The notes beneath the pieces are model-generated. The model was not told where the DNA came from. It saw only the letters and a list, made by a program, of their open reading frames with translations, and ran no database searches. From NCBI GenBank assembly GCA_963848615.1, contig CAWKEK010000005.1, positions 48,007 through 112,006 of the forward strand: DNA of 64,000 nt. The letters run 5' to 3'. Made by a program: the position numbers and the translations under genes. This DNA comes from an uncultured Candidatus Babeliaceae bacterium (GTDB lineage: Bacteria; Babelota; Babeliae; Babelales; Babelaceae). Each line of letters starts with the position of its first letter. The stretch's first letter is position 1. Shown here piece after piece: positions 20,160 to 28,591 of the stretch.

Positions 20160-21110
20160 ATGCGTAGAACTTTACAGATAACTTTATCTATACTTATTTT
20201 TGTTTCATTAATAAATAGCCTTCACGCGCGCGTCGACATATCATCTTGGAGTCATTATAAAATTATTGGTTATATTGTGAAAGCCTTAAGTAAGCCAGTA
20301 ACAAAAGGGCTGTTGGTTGATTCAAGGCCATTAACTATATCAAATCGATTACTACTGTATGGCCCTCCAGGCAATGGAAAGACCACATTAGCCCGGGAGA
20401 TAGCAGTTGCCGCACAGTGTGAATTCGTTCATATACGAGCATCATCGATAGTGACCAAGTATCAGGGCAGTGGCTCTGAAAATATGCAAAAAGAGTTGAT
20501 GAAAGCATTTGATAAAATTCTTGAAGGTGATCGCCCTGTCGTTATATTTATAGATGAAGTTGATGCCATAGCTGCGACGGGGAATGGGGAATCATCGCGG
20601 CTTGAATATACTAATGCGGCTCAAGAATTGTGGCAATATCTAGATACCTGTAAGAATGATCCGCGTGTTTTTATAATTTGTGCCACTAACCAGTATGAAA
20701 AATTAAATTTGGCTTTTGTGAGTCGTTTTCCAGAGCGGCAGAGATTAAAAATTGATCAACCAGATAAGGAAATCAGGAAAACTGTTTTATTAGGCCTCAT
20801 GGAAAGATATGATTTTACATTATATGACCGTATTGTAGATGATTTGGCACAGCATAGTAATGGCATGAGTATTCGTGAATTAGAAAATTTTATTTATGAG
20901 CTTAAAGTAAGCTTTGAATTTGAAGCAATATTATCTGATAAAGAGGTGATAGAAAAGATAAAAGATTACCCGCGTGGATATAAAGACCCCAATGAGATAT
21001 CTAAAAAGCCTTCCAAAAGGGATATCTACGATAAAATTCACATGCTTTCTGCGATTGTTTCTATGGTGAATAATGGAAGAATAATCGCAAAAGAATTTGG
21101 ATTTATATAA
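20160..21110 (+). CDS. Classical-clade AAA+ ATPase with N-terminal TM anchor or signal
   Basis: Leader LQITLSILIFVSLINSLHA. Walker A LLLYGPPGNGKTTLA, Walker B VIFIDEVDAI, second region of homology ICATNQYEKLNLAFVSRF. Confidence 0.85.
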   Translation: MRRTLQITLSILIFVSLINSLHARVDISSWSHYKIIGYIVKALSKPVTKGLLVDSRPLTISNRLLLYGPPGNGKTTLAREIAVAAQCEFVHIRASSIVTKYQGSGSENMQKELMKAFDKILEGDRPVVIFIDEVDAIAATGNGESSRLEYTNAAQELWQYLDTCKNDPRVFIICATNQYEKLNLAFVSRFPERQRLKIDQPDKEIRKTVLLGLMERYDFTLYDRIVDDLAQHSNGMSIRELENFIYELKVSFEFEAILSDKEVIEKIKDYPRGYKDPNEISKKPSKRDIYDKIHMLSAIVSMVNNGRIIAKEFGFI

Positions 21111-22116
21111 CTCCGACGGACTTTTTGTGTATAATTTTTTTGAGTTCTTCAATTATTTGCTCAAAAAGTTTTTCATCATTTTGTGCGATTTGCAAGTCAA
21201 CCGATAGGTTATCATATTTTTGCTTTTGTAGATTTCTTTCTTCCACAATCTTAATCGGAAAAATATGGCATTGCAATTCAATTGGTGTGTAAATATCTCT
21301 CATCCTTTTATCAATTTCAAAAAATATTTTTTTTTGGCGTTCTATATCACTAAAAAGCATATTTTTACACAAAATTAATCTTGTTTTCTCATTTTCGTAT
21401 TTTTTCAATATTTTTTTACAATCTTCTAATGTTTTTTGTTGCAGGCAGTTGATTGCACTTTCAAAGTATATCCTATTCAGCGTATCTATTTTTTGTGCAT
21501 TTATTTCTAATTTTTTAAGTGCAAGTTTAATTTCAGCTTCTTTGACCATAAAATCAACTTTTACCATAACGTTTCGACGTTGGGCGTAACTTATCCACAA
21601 AATCATTTCTATGAATTTATCTATATTAATATGAAGCTTATCATCTAGGGAATTGATAAGAAATTCATTTTTAATAGATTCAAATTCCTCAGTGCGAATT
21701 TTATATTTCAAAAATAAATTTTGCAATTTTTCTGCTTCGTTAATAATGGTATCTTTTAACGAATCATTTTCATTTTGGCGATCTTTTATTAAATTTTCAT
21801 TATAAAAATTAATATTTAATAAATCGCTAATAGTGAGATTATCAATCTCTTCTAAATATTCCTTTTCGTAATTACAGAAATCAGAATGAAATGACGCAAC
21901 TAATAAATCTGCATTTGCAACAAAGCCAAGATTGAATTTAATTGCTTCTAAAGAATCGCTTTTGCTCACGGGAATGCTTACCATGTCGAAATATTCGAAC
22001 CAATTTTCTTTAAAATAATTTACATCCTGAGCAACTATATTTTTTATTATGACTAGAGATGATAAAATCATTAATGAGATTTTAATAATCTTGTTAGTTG
22101 ATTGCTTGAGGTTCAC
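21103..22116 (-). CDS. Membrane-anchored coiled-coil protein, paralogue 1
   Basis: Shares NYFKENWFEYFDM..LEAIKFNLGFVA and MILWISYAQRRNVMVKVDF with 22168..23250. Very AT-rich. The 3' end overlaps the AAA gene by 8 nt. Confidence 0.6.
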   Translation of the reverse strand: MNLKQSTNKIIKISLMILSSLVIIKNIVAQDVNYFKENWFEYFDMVSIPVSKSDSLEAIKFNLGFVANADLLVASFHSDFCNYEKEYLEEIDNLTISDLLNINFYNENLIKDRQNENDSLKDTIINEAEKLQNLFLKYKIRTEEFESIKNEFLINSLDDKLHINIDKFIEMILWISYAQRRNVMVKVDFMVKEAEIKLALKKLEINAQKIDTLNRIYFESAINCLQQKTLEDCKKILKKYENEKTRLILCKNMLFSDIERQKKIFFEIDKRMRDIYTPIELQCHIFPIKIVEERNLQKQKYDNLSVDLQIAQNDEKLFEQIIEELKKIIHKKSVGVI

Positions 22117-22167
22117 AAGATTCCTTTTAATATGAAAGAATAGACTTAATTTTTATTTGAGCAAAAA

Positions 22168-23250
22168 TTATGAATAGCCCAAGCGATTACAATAATTTTC
22201 AAAACTTTCTGCTTTTTCCGCTCGTGCCTTCTGTTCTATTATTTTTTTTGTTTCATTAATTATTTTCTCATAATTTATTTTATCGTTTTCAGCTGTTCGC
22301 AATTTCGCGCATAATTCAATGTTTTCATTTAATAATCGATTTTTTTTTGAGGTATCTTGCCCTTGTTGAAACATATCTTCCAGGCCGTGATCATAGTGTT
22401 TATTTTCGATTTGCTCTAAGCTTTTTTTGTTAAGAGTTAAATCATTGAGAAACTTACTCTCATTCTCCATTATTTTTGCGTTTATTTCTTCTAGGGTTTT
22501 TAATGATTTTTTACATTCCTCTGAGGATACTTTTTGTGTGAGATTGATTATTTTTTCAAAATGTTTTTTATTAATTTCTTCTACTTTTTGTTTATTTGCT
22601 TGTAGCGTTATGTTTACAGATTCGATGTTTTTTTCATTGATTATTAAATCTAACTTTGTCATAACAATACGCCGCTGGAAGTAGCTTATCCATAAAATCA
22701 TTTGAATATATTTCAATACAGGTGATAAATATTTTGCATCAGCATTTTTATAGTTTGTGATGAAATCATCCTTAATGAGATCAAATTCTTCAGCTGAAAG
22801 TCCATGTAATTTATACAGCTCTTTTAGTTGATCTTCTTGATTAAGAAGTTGGAGTTCTAATATATTTTTTTTAGCTTGATCATTTTGAATTTTATTTTCA
22901 TCACTAATAATATCGCACATGATGGATTGTTTATCCCTGTTATGATTTTTTTCCAGCATTTCGGCTAAAGCGTTATTAAACCAATCATCGAACTCGGTTT
23001 CAATTAAAGCAAGTATTTGATCAAAATGTGCTACAACGCCAAGATTGAATCTTATTGTCTCTAAAGAATAACCTTCGTTTACTACAATATTCTCCATATC
23101 CAAAAAGTTAGACCAGTTTTCATTAAAATATTGTAAATCTTCAGCCGGAATATTTCTTACGATAACCATTAGAAAAAATATTATTATTTTTTTAATGTTT
23201 TTAAGTAATTGTCTATTCTTTACGAAATCCTTTTTAAATTTTTTTTGCAT
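22168..23250 (-). CDS. Membrane-anchored coiled-coil protein, paralogue 2
   Basis: QYFNENWSNFLDM..LETIRFNLGVVA and MILWISYFQRRIVMTKLDL. Lys/Glu/Asn-rich heptad-like sequence. Confidence 0.6.
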   Translation of the reverse strand: MQKKFKKDFVKNRQLLKNIKKIIIFFLMVIVRNIPAEDLQYFNENWSNFLDMENIVVNEGYSLETIRFNLGVVAHFDQILALIETEFDDWFNNALAEMLEKNHNRDKQSIMCDIISDENKIQNDQAKKNILELQLLNQEDQLKELYKLHGLSAEEFDLIKDDFITNYKNADAKYLSPVLKYIQMILWISYFQRRIVMTKLDLIINEKNIESVNITLQANKQKVEEINKKHFEKIINLTQKVSSEECKKSLKTLEEINAKIMENESKFLNDLTLNKKSLEQIENKHYDHGLEDMFQQGQDTSKKNRLLNENIELCAKLRTAENDKINYEKIINETKKIIEQKARAEKAESFENYCNRLGYS

Positions 23251-23301
23251 AACAGCTTTTCGAATTTTTCAAATTTTTTTTAACGGTGCTTTTATAGATG
23301 A

Positions 23302-23592
23302 TCATCCTGTTGCAATTTGTATTGTTTGTTCAAAAGGTTTATTTTCCCTAGTTCTTTTCATTAACTGCACTTTTGCATGTCTTATTTCCTTTGAATCCAA
23401 CATCAAAAAATATTTATCAGTTGTATCTCCATTTAATGAAAACTCCTCAGTTTTTTTATTGAATTTACAATAAGCAAATACTTTTTTTATTTTAGCATCT
23501 TGCTTACCTTTTTCATTAATGAAAATTTCGCCATAGATTTGAGTTTCAATTTTATATTCAACATAAACATCATTTTCTATTAATTTATTCAT
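23302..23592 (-). CDS. Small cytoplasmic hypothetical protein
   Basis: Start set at MNKLIENDVYVEY (ATG at 23592). The longer ORF to 23664 reads through a duplicated fragment of the gene's own 3' part. Confidence 0.45.
   Translation of the reverse strand: MNKLIENDVYVEYKIETQIYGEIFINEKGKQDAKIKKVFAYCKFNKKTEEFSLNGDTTDKYFLMLDSKEIRHAKVQLMKRTRENKPFEQTIQIATG
23392..23434. repeat. 43-bp direct repeat, copy 1 (inside 23302..23592)
   Basis: TGAATCCAACATCAAAAAATATTTATCAGTTGTATCTCCATTT has 1 mismatch to 23615-23657. Confidence 0.85.
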
Positions 23593-23614
23593 GATAAAAT
23601 ACATAAGGTTCCTA

Positions 23615-23657
23615 TGAATCCAACACCAAAAAATATTTATCAGTTGTATCTCCATTT
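23615..23657. repeat. 43-bp direct repeat, copy 2 (orphan gene fragment)
   Basis: In the gene's frame it reads NGDTTDKYFLVLDS*, with stop codons immediately upstream. Confidence 0.85.
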
Positions 23658-23795
23658 TTTGCATTCTATTAACATATCATGCGTAGCTAAATCAAAATCC
23701 AATGGATCATTTTTATTAATCGCGCTGATCATATGATTTAATTGTGTTTCAAAAAAGATGAAAATATTTTTTTTATTCGTGGTTTAATAATTATA

Positions 23796-24308
23796 TTATT
23801 TTCTTAGGTTGAAGGCAGTAGACAAATCAAACTTTGAAAGTTGTTCAGAAACAGTGCCTATAAATCTTCTAACATCTTGCGGATTCAATAAGGGTGAATT
23901 GGGGATATCGCCCTCTGCAGGGTCAAAACCATCTGCGCCGACTGAGTTTATTTCTCTTCTGGCTTCAAGTCTTTTTTCTGTCGCATCTAAAGTTTTAATG
24001 CTTGCAGTTGCTTGTTGTATCTCAAGAACCGTTTGCTCTAAATTTTTTATTTGTTGAGCTTCTTTTTTTCTCAATTCATGTCGCTGGTTTTCTAGATCAG
24101 TTTTTTGTTTTCTGAGCATATCTAGAAGTGCTTCTACTTGTTCCAAATGAGCTTTATAGAGGCTTGCATCTGCCCATTCTTGTGATCCGGGCGAAAAAGT
24201 TTTTTCAGGTGATTCATCTGAATCCATTGCATATGCTTTTGAAATGATCGATAGTGTGGTCAAAAAGATGATGAGCTTGTATGTTTTCACGTTTGTCCCT
24301 GTGCACAT
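23796..24308 (-). CDS. Secreted coiled-coil protein
   Basis: Leader YKLIIFLTTLSIISKAYA, then a heptad-rich central region (LEQVEALLDMLRKQKTDLENQRHELRKKEAQQIKNLEQ). Confidence 0.55.
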   Translation of the reverse strand: MCTGTNVKTYKLIIFLTTLSIISKAYAMDSDESPEKTFSPGSQEWADASLYKAHLEQVEALLDMLRKQKTDLENQRHELRKKEAQQIKNLEQTVLEIQQATASIKTLDATEKRLEARREINSVGADGFDPAEGDIPNSPLLNPQDVRRFIGTVSEQLSKFDLSTAFNLRK

Positions 24309-24394
24309 TGTGGCTTAAATACATGGTGATACAATAAGAGGCGCAAAAAGCGCCTCTTAGTATGATAATGAAAATGAGCTTTTTTTGCTACTTT

Positions 24395-25336
24395 TTATTT
24401 AGAACTTGACCCGCTGGAATCGGCAGTAGACATTAAGCCAAAAAGCCATGCTAAAGCTGAAGGTGTCGCTGCAGTTTGCGCTCCATCGCTTTGTTTTACT
24501 ACCACTGTTGTCGCATTACAGATTGCATCAATCTCATCTTGTGGAACGCCGTTTTGTTGCAATTCCTCTATAAGCGCAGCTTTTTGATCTTCAAGTTTTC
24601 TGGTTGCCTGCATACGGCTTTCGAGTGAATCGCTTCGCTCGCGGGTGAATTTAACTTTTTCTGAAGTTTCTCGCTCTGCTGTTAATTTTGCATCTAATGC
24701 AGCTTCAAATTCACGTTTTGCGGTTTCAAATTGTTCTAGTGCTTGTCTTGCTAATTCACTTTTAGTTGCTGAATTTTCAAGGGCATCTTGTTCTGCAGCT
24801 TTAATTGCGTTTAAAGCCTGTTGCTTGCTCATAATTTCTTTACGCGCAGCATCGACTTTTGGACTTAAACTTTGAACAGACTTTTTCAGTTTTTCAACCA
24901 GAGCCGCTTGTTGGCGGATGAGCCTTTCTTGATGGGCCGCCTGTTCAGCCTCAAATTCTTGTCTTTGGCGACGTTTTTTTTCAGCCTGCCTTTTAATTTT
25001 GTCTGCTTTTTGTGTTATAAGCACGGTTTTAGTAAGATCTTCAACCTCATCATCACTGGTGACAATAGCTACATCTGTATCAAAATCTAATTCAGGAAAT
25101 TGATCAGGAGCTTGGGCTGTTGCAAGAGCAACAACTGCACCAGCAACCTGTTCTTGACTTGCGCCGAGCCTGTCAGCAGCATCGGCTATTTGACCCTGTG
25201 TAGCGGCCAAAACGGTTTTGTCTTCTTTGAGTAGCTTTTGATAATAGTTTAGCAGGCTTCGCGCCTTTTGCTGCATCTGCGTAATTCTCGCTGAGGTCCA
25301 TCGCTTGGAGAGTAAGTTCGAGACATGCCTGTGCAA
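24395..25336 (-). CDS. Ala/Glu/Gln-rich coiled-coil protein (start uncertain, possibly 25368)
   Basis: The ORF starts at TTG 25336. An ATG at 25368 followed by an A6 run opens either MKKYLALALLTCTG (lipoprotein-like, a different frame) or, with one extra A, MKKISSAGTTYLHRHVSNLL in the main frame. Confidence 0.55.
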   Translation of the reverse strand: MHRHVSNLLSKRWTSARITQMQQKARSLLNYYQKLLKEDKTVLAATQGQIADAADRLGASQEQVAGAVVALATAQAPDQFPELDFDTDVAIVTSDDEVEDLTKTVLITQKADKIKRQAEKKRRQRQEFEAEQAAHQERLIRQQAALVEKLKKSVQSLSPKVDAARKEIMSKQQALNAIKAAEQDALENSATKSELARQALEQFETAKREFEAALDAKLTAERETSEKVKFTRERSDSLESRMQATRKLEDQKAALIEELQQNGVPQDEIDAICNATTVVVKQSDGAQTAATPSALAWLFGLMSTADSSGSSSK

Positions 25337-25453
25337 GTAAGTAGTGCCAGCGCTAGATATTTTTTCATAAATTCTCCCTAATAAGTAGTACGGTTTATTT
25401 TGGGATAGAATTGCCTTCTATCCCAGGAAATCTACTATATGGGAAATTTAAAT

Positions 25454-26581
25454 TCAAGGATTTTGTGATGGTAAGTTCTTTTTCCACTCAACCAAAAATG
25501 TTTTAAGGGGATCAAGACCATGTTCTGTGGTAGCAGATACGAGTATATGTGGTTGATAATTTCTAAACAAAAAGTCTGACATGTCAGGGTTAGGCAGTTT
25601 GTCGACTTTATTAAAGACATAAACCATTGGCTTATCACTTGCGCCTAATTCTTCAAGAACATCATGCACAACGGTGATATGTTCCTGCCAATTTTTATCT
25701 GAAGCGTCGATTACTTGGAGCAACAGATGGGCATGTTGTAATTCAGAAAGGGTAGATTTAAATGCCTCAATAAGTTTATGTGGTAGCTGTTGAATAAAAC
25801 CGACCGTGTCAGAAATTAATCCAACTTTTTTCTTTTCAATAAAAAGTTCACGCGTAGTTGTATCAAGCGTTGCAAACAGTTTGTCTTGCGCAAGCACCGA
25901 ACTTTTGGTGAGCGCATTAAGAATGGTCGATTTACCAGCGTTGGTGTACCCAATTAAGCACATAAGGGGCAGTTCAGAACCAATTCTTTGTTTACGTTGA
26001 GTTTCACGGACTTTTTGAAGTTTTTCTAAATCACGGCGCAACTTGAGCATAAGATGTTCAATATGCTGTGTCTCTTTTTCTTTTTGCGTTTCACCAGGGC
26101 CACGGGTACCGATACGGCCACCTTGTTGTGACATATACAGCCCGCGTCCGGTTAAGCGCGATTTTTGGTGCTGTAACATAGCAAGGCCAACCTGGGTTTT
26201 CCCCTCTGCTGACTGTGCACCTTTTTCAAAAATTTCTAAGATAAGGTCTGTTCGATCAAAAACATGGCACTGGAGTATACGGCTTAAGTTACGTTCCTGT
26301 TGGGGGGAAAGCGCGTCAGAAAATATGACCTCTTGGATTTCCTCTTTTTTGACTAATTCAAGAACATCTTCAAGCTTACCCAGGGTTAAAAAGTTTGCCG
26401 AGTCGATGCTGCGTAATTTGATCGTGATGAAATGTTCAGTGCTGACACCATTAGATGCCGCAAGATTTTTAAATTCTTGGTAATATGATTCAATGTCAGA
26501 AATAGGGTTAAAAGGCGAGTGGATGCCAATTAACAACGTTTTTGGTTGTTCAATAGGAATAATTGATGCCGGTTTGGTCAT
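25454..26581 (-). CDS. hflX: GTPase HflX
   Basis: HflX N-terminal domain, G1 GYTNAGKST, G3 DTVGFI, G4 NKVD. Confidence 0.92.
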   Translation of the reverse strand: MTKPASIIPIEQPKTLLIGIHSPFNPISDIESYYQEFKNLAASNGVSTEHFITIKLRSIDSANFLTLGKLEDVLELVKKEEIQEVIFSDALSPQQERNLSRILQCHVFDRTDLILEIFEKGAQSAEGKTQVGLAMLQHQKSRLTGRGLYMSQQGGRIGTRGPGETQKEKETQHIEHLMLKLRRDLEKLQKVRETQRKQRIGSELPLMCLIGYTNAGKSTILNALTKSSVLAQDKLFATLDTTTRELFIEKKKVGLISDTVGFIQQLPHKLIEAFKSTLSELQHAHLLLQVIDASDKNWQEHITVVHDVLEELGASDKPMVYVFNKVDKLPNPDMSDFLFRNYQPHILVSATTEHGLDPLKTFLVEWKKNLPSQNP

Positions 26582-26692
26582 TACCGTTTACTCATTTTTA
26601 GGGTATAATACTATAAATATATACTATAAGTTTAGCGGTCATAGAGAAGTTTTACAAATTTATTAGAAGTTTAATGGCGTTGAAGGACCTGT

Positions 26693-28012
26693 ATGTTTGG
26701 CTCATTAACAGAAAAATTTTCTGCTTTATTCTCACGATTTTCTTCATCAAAAGTGTCTCAGCAAACGGTTGATGATGCTATGCAGATGGTTAAAAATACC
26801 CTGCTTGAAGCCGATGTGCCGTTTGATGTTGTTACCCATTTTGTTCAGCACGTGCAGCAGGACCTAATCGGTAAAAAAGTCTTTTCTTCATTAAAGCCAG
26901 CTGAGTTGGTGATGAAGTCGGTGCATGAACGTATTGTTCAGCTTTTGGGGGGCAAACAGAGTGCTACCACATTCTCGTTCCAGATACCCAGCGTTATTGT
27001 CATGGCCGGGCTCCAGGGTTCTGGTAAAACGACTACGCTTGCAAAATTGGCCCATCTGATTCAAAAAGATGCCGCAAAGCGGAATAAAAAAAGAAAAATA
27101 GTGGTTTGCTCAGTTGATTATTATCGTCCTGCAGCTCGTGAACAGCTTGAAGTGTTAGCAAAAAATATTGGGGTTGATTACTACACCCCAGAAGCAACTG
27201 ATCCGGTAACGGCAGCACAGCAGGCTGTTCAGTATGCCCAAAAAAATCAGTATGAGTACTGTTTTATCGATACAGCAGGGCGCCTGCATGTTGACCAAGA
27301 GCTTTTGGGTGAGCTTTCTGGGATTATTAAACGTGTTAAGCCAACCTATACTTTTTTAGTCATTGACGGCATGATCGGTCAGGAATCGTTGCGTGTTGCC
27401 CAAGCGTTTGAAGCGATTATTAATGCAACCGGCGTCATTTTAAGCAAAATGGATGGGGATACCCGCGGTGGCGCTGCATTTGCCTGTTATTATATGGTTA
27501 AAAAACCGGTAATTTTTATGGGTACGGGTGAAAAAGTTGACGATTTAGAATATTTCAACCCAGAACGTATTGCCAACCGCATTATTGGCCTTGGTGATAT
27601 GCATACGCTTATTGAAAAGGCTGAAGAAAAAATTAAGGTGTCAGACCAGCAAGATCTTCAAAAAGCTTTTAATAGTGGCAAGCTCACGTTACAGGATTTT
27701 GCAAAACAGTTGGATATGATGAGTTCTTTAGGGAGCTTATCGTCACTTATGAAATATATTCCGGGGATTCCGGGGATAAAGGTCGAGCCGGCTCAACTTG
27801 AAAAGGGTGAGCGGGAAATGAAAAAATTTAAGGCGATTATCAGTTCGATGACGCTTAAAGAGCGACTTAATGCACGTATCATCAATGAACCACGCCGGAA
27901 ACGGATTGCTGCAGGTTCAGGGACTACGCCGCAAGATATCACCTTATTGTTAGAAAGATTTGAACAAAGTCAGCAATTTGTTAAAATCTTAAAGAGAAGA
28001 CCCCATTTTTAA
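26693..28012 (+). CDS. ffh: Signal recognition particle protein Ffh
   Basis: G domain GLQGSGKTTT, DTAGR, SKMDGD, and a Met-rich M domain. Confidence 0.95.
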   Translation: MFGSLTEKFSALFSRFSSSKVSQQTVDDAMQMVKNTLLEADVPFDVVTHFVQHVQQDLIGKKVFSSLKPAELVMKSVHERIVQLLGGKQSATTFSFQIPSVIVMAGLQGSGKTTTLAKLAHLIQKDAAKRNKKRKIVVCSVDYYRPAAREQLEVLAKNIGVDYYTPEATDPVTAAQQAVQYAQKNQYEYCFIDTAGRLHVDQELLGELSGIIKRVKPTYTFLVIDGMIGQESLRVAQAFEAIINATGVILSKMDGDTRGGAAFACYYMVKKPVIFMGTGEKVDDLEYFNPERIANRIIGLGDMHTLIEKAEEKIKVSDQQDLQKAFNSGKLTLQDFAKQLDMMSSLGSLSSLMKYIPGIPGIKVEPAQLEKGEREMKKFKAIISSMTLKERLNARIINEPRRKRIAAGSGTTPQDITLLLERFEQSQQFVKILKRRPHF

Positions 28013-28040
28013 GGGGATGTAATTATGTTGAAAGGTTTAC

Positions 28041-28331
28041 ATGGCAGTTAAAATTAGACTTTCTCGTATCGGGAAAAAAAATGCTCCGTTTTATCGTATC
28101 GTCGCAATCGATGAGCGTAAAAAACGTGATGGTGCATCACTTGAAATTTTAGGGACATATAACCCTCGTTCAGGTCAGTTTATTCAGTTTCACGAAGAAC
28201 GCATTCAACATTGGATCGGTCTTGGTGCACAGGAAACAGATGCAGTAAAGAAATTACACAAAGCATTTAAAAAAAATCAAACTGAAGTAGCAAAAGCACC
28301 CGTAGCAGAAGCTGCGCACCACGTTGCTTAA
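28041..28331 (+). CDS. rpsP: 30S ribosomal protein S16
   Basis: MAVKIRLSRIGKKNAPFYRIVA... Confidence 0.95.
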   Translation: MAVKIRLSRIGKKNAPFYRIVAIDERKKRDGASLEILGTYNPRSGQFIQFHEERIQHWIGLGAQETDAVKKLHKAFKKNQTEVAKAPVAEAAHHVA

Positions 28332-28349
28332 TAACGGTAAAGTTGTTAT

Positions 28350-28589
28350 ATGATTCGTTTATTTATTGAGTCTGTTGTTAAAGGGCTTGTCGACAACGCA
28401 TCTGCTGTTTCAGTACAGGAAATGCCCGTTGATAACAGCCCTACTGTTGTTATTCAAATCAAGGTTGCAGGAAGCGATATCGCTCGTGTTATCGGCAGTG
28501 AAGGACGTGTTTTTAGAGCACTCCGGACCGCGTCTAACCTTCTTGCTCCTGGCCACATTAAAGAGATCGTCGTCGACGTCGCTGCTTAA
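28350..28589 (+). CDS. KH-domain RNA-binding protein (YlqC/UPF0109-like)
   Basis: 79 aa with VIGSEGRVFRALRT (GxxG-type KH loop). It sits in the conserved position after rpsP. Confidence 0.8.
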   Translation: MIRLFIESVVKGLVDNASAVSVQEMPVDNSPTVVIQIKVAGSDIARVIGSEGRVFRALRTASNLLAPGHIKEIVVDVAA

Positions 28590-28591
28590 TT

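Noticed and set aside
23392-23657. CRISPR-like interpretation of the 43-bp repeats
   Set aside because: There are only two copies, one of them inside a coding sequence, the spacer is 180 nt and no cas genes are present. A gene-fragment duplication explains it.
25401-25425. 10-bp stem hairpin TGGGATAGAA-TTGCC-TTCTATCCCA between hflX and the coiled-coil gene
   Set aside because: There is no T tract on either strand, so it is not a canonical terminator. It is an isolated hairpin with no other copies in the window and no further evidence for function.
26043-26483. Long antisense or alternative-frame ORFs inside conserved genes (for example 26043..26483 in hflX, 59094..59588 in rplC, 28558..28872 in trmD, 46254..46604, 13083..13355, 62965..63276)
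   Set aside because: Each lies wholly within a gene whose product is identified by conserved motifs on the other strand or frame. They are low-complexity translations without starts or RBS, so I treat them as shadow ORFs.
28366-28591. N-terminal 75-aa extension of the long trmD ORF that overlaps the KH-protein gene
   Set aside because: It is an artefact of the frameshift at 28617-28620. The genuine TrmD N-terminus (MKISVVTLF) starts at 28592 in another frame, right after the KH gene stop.
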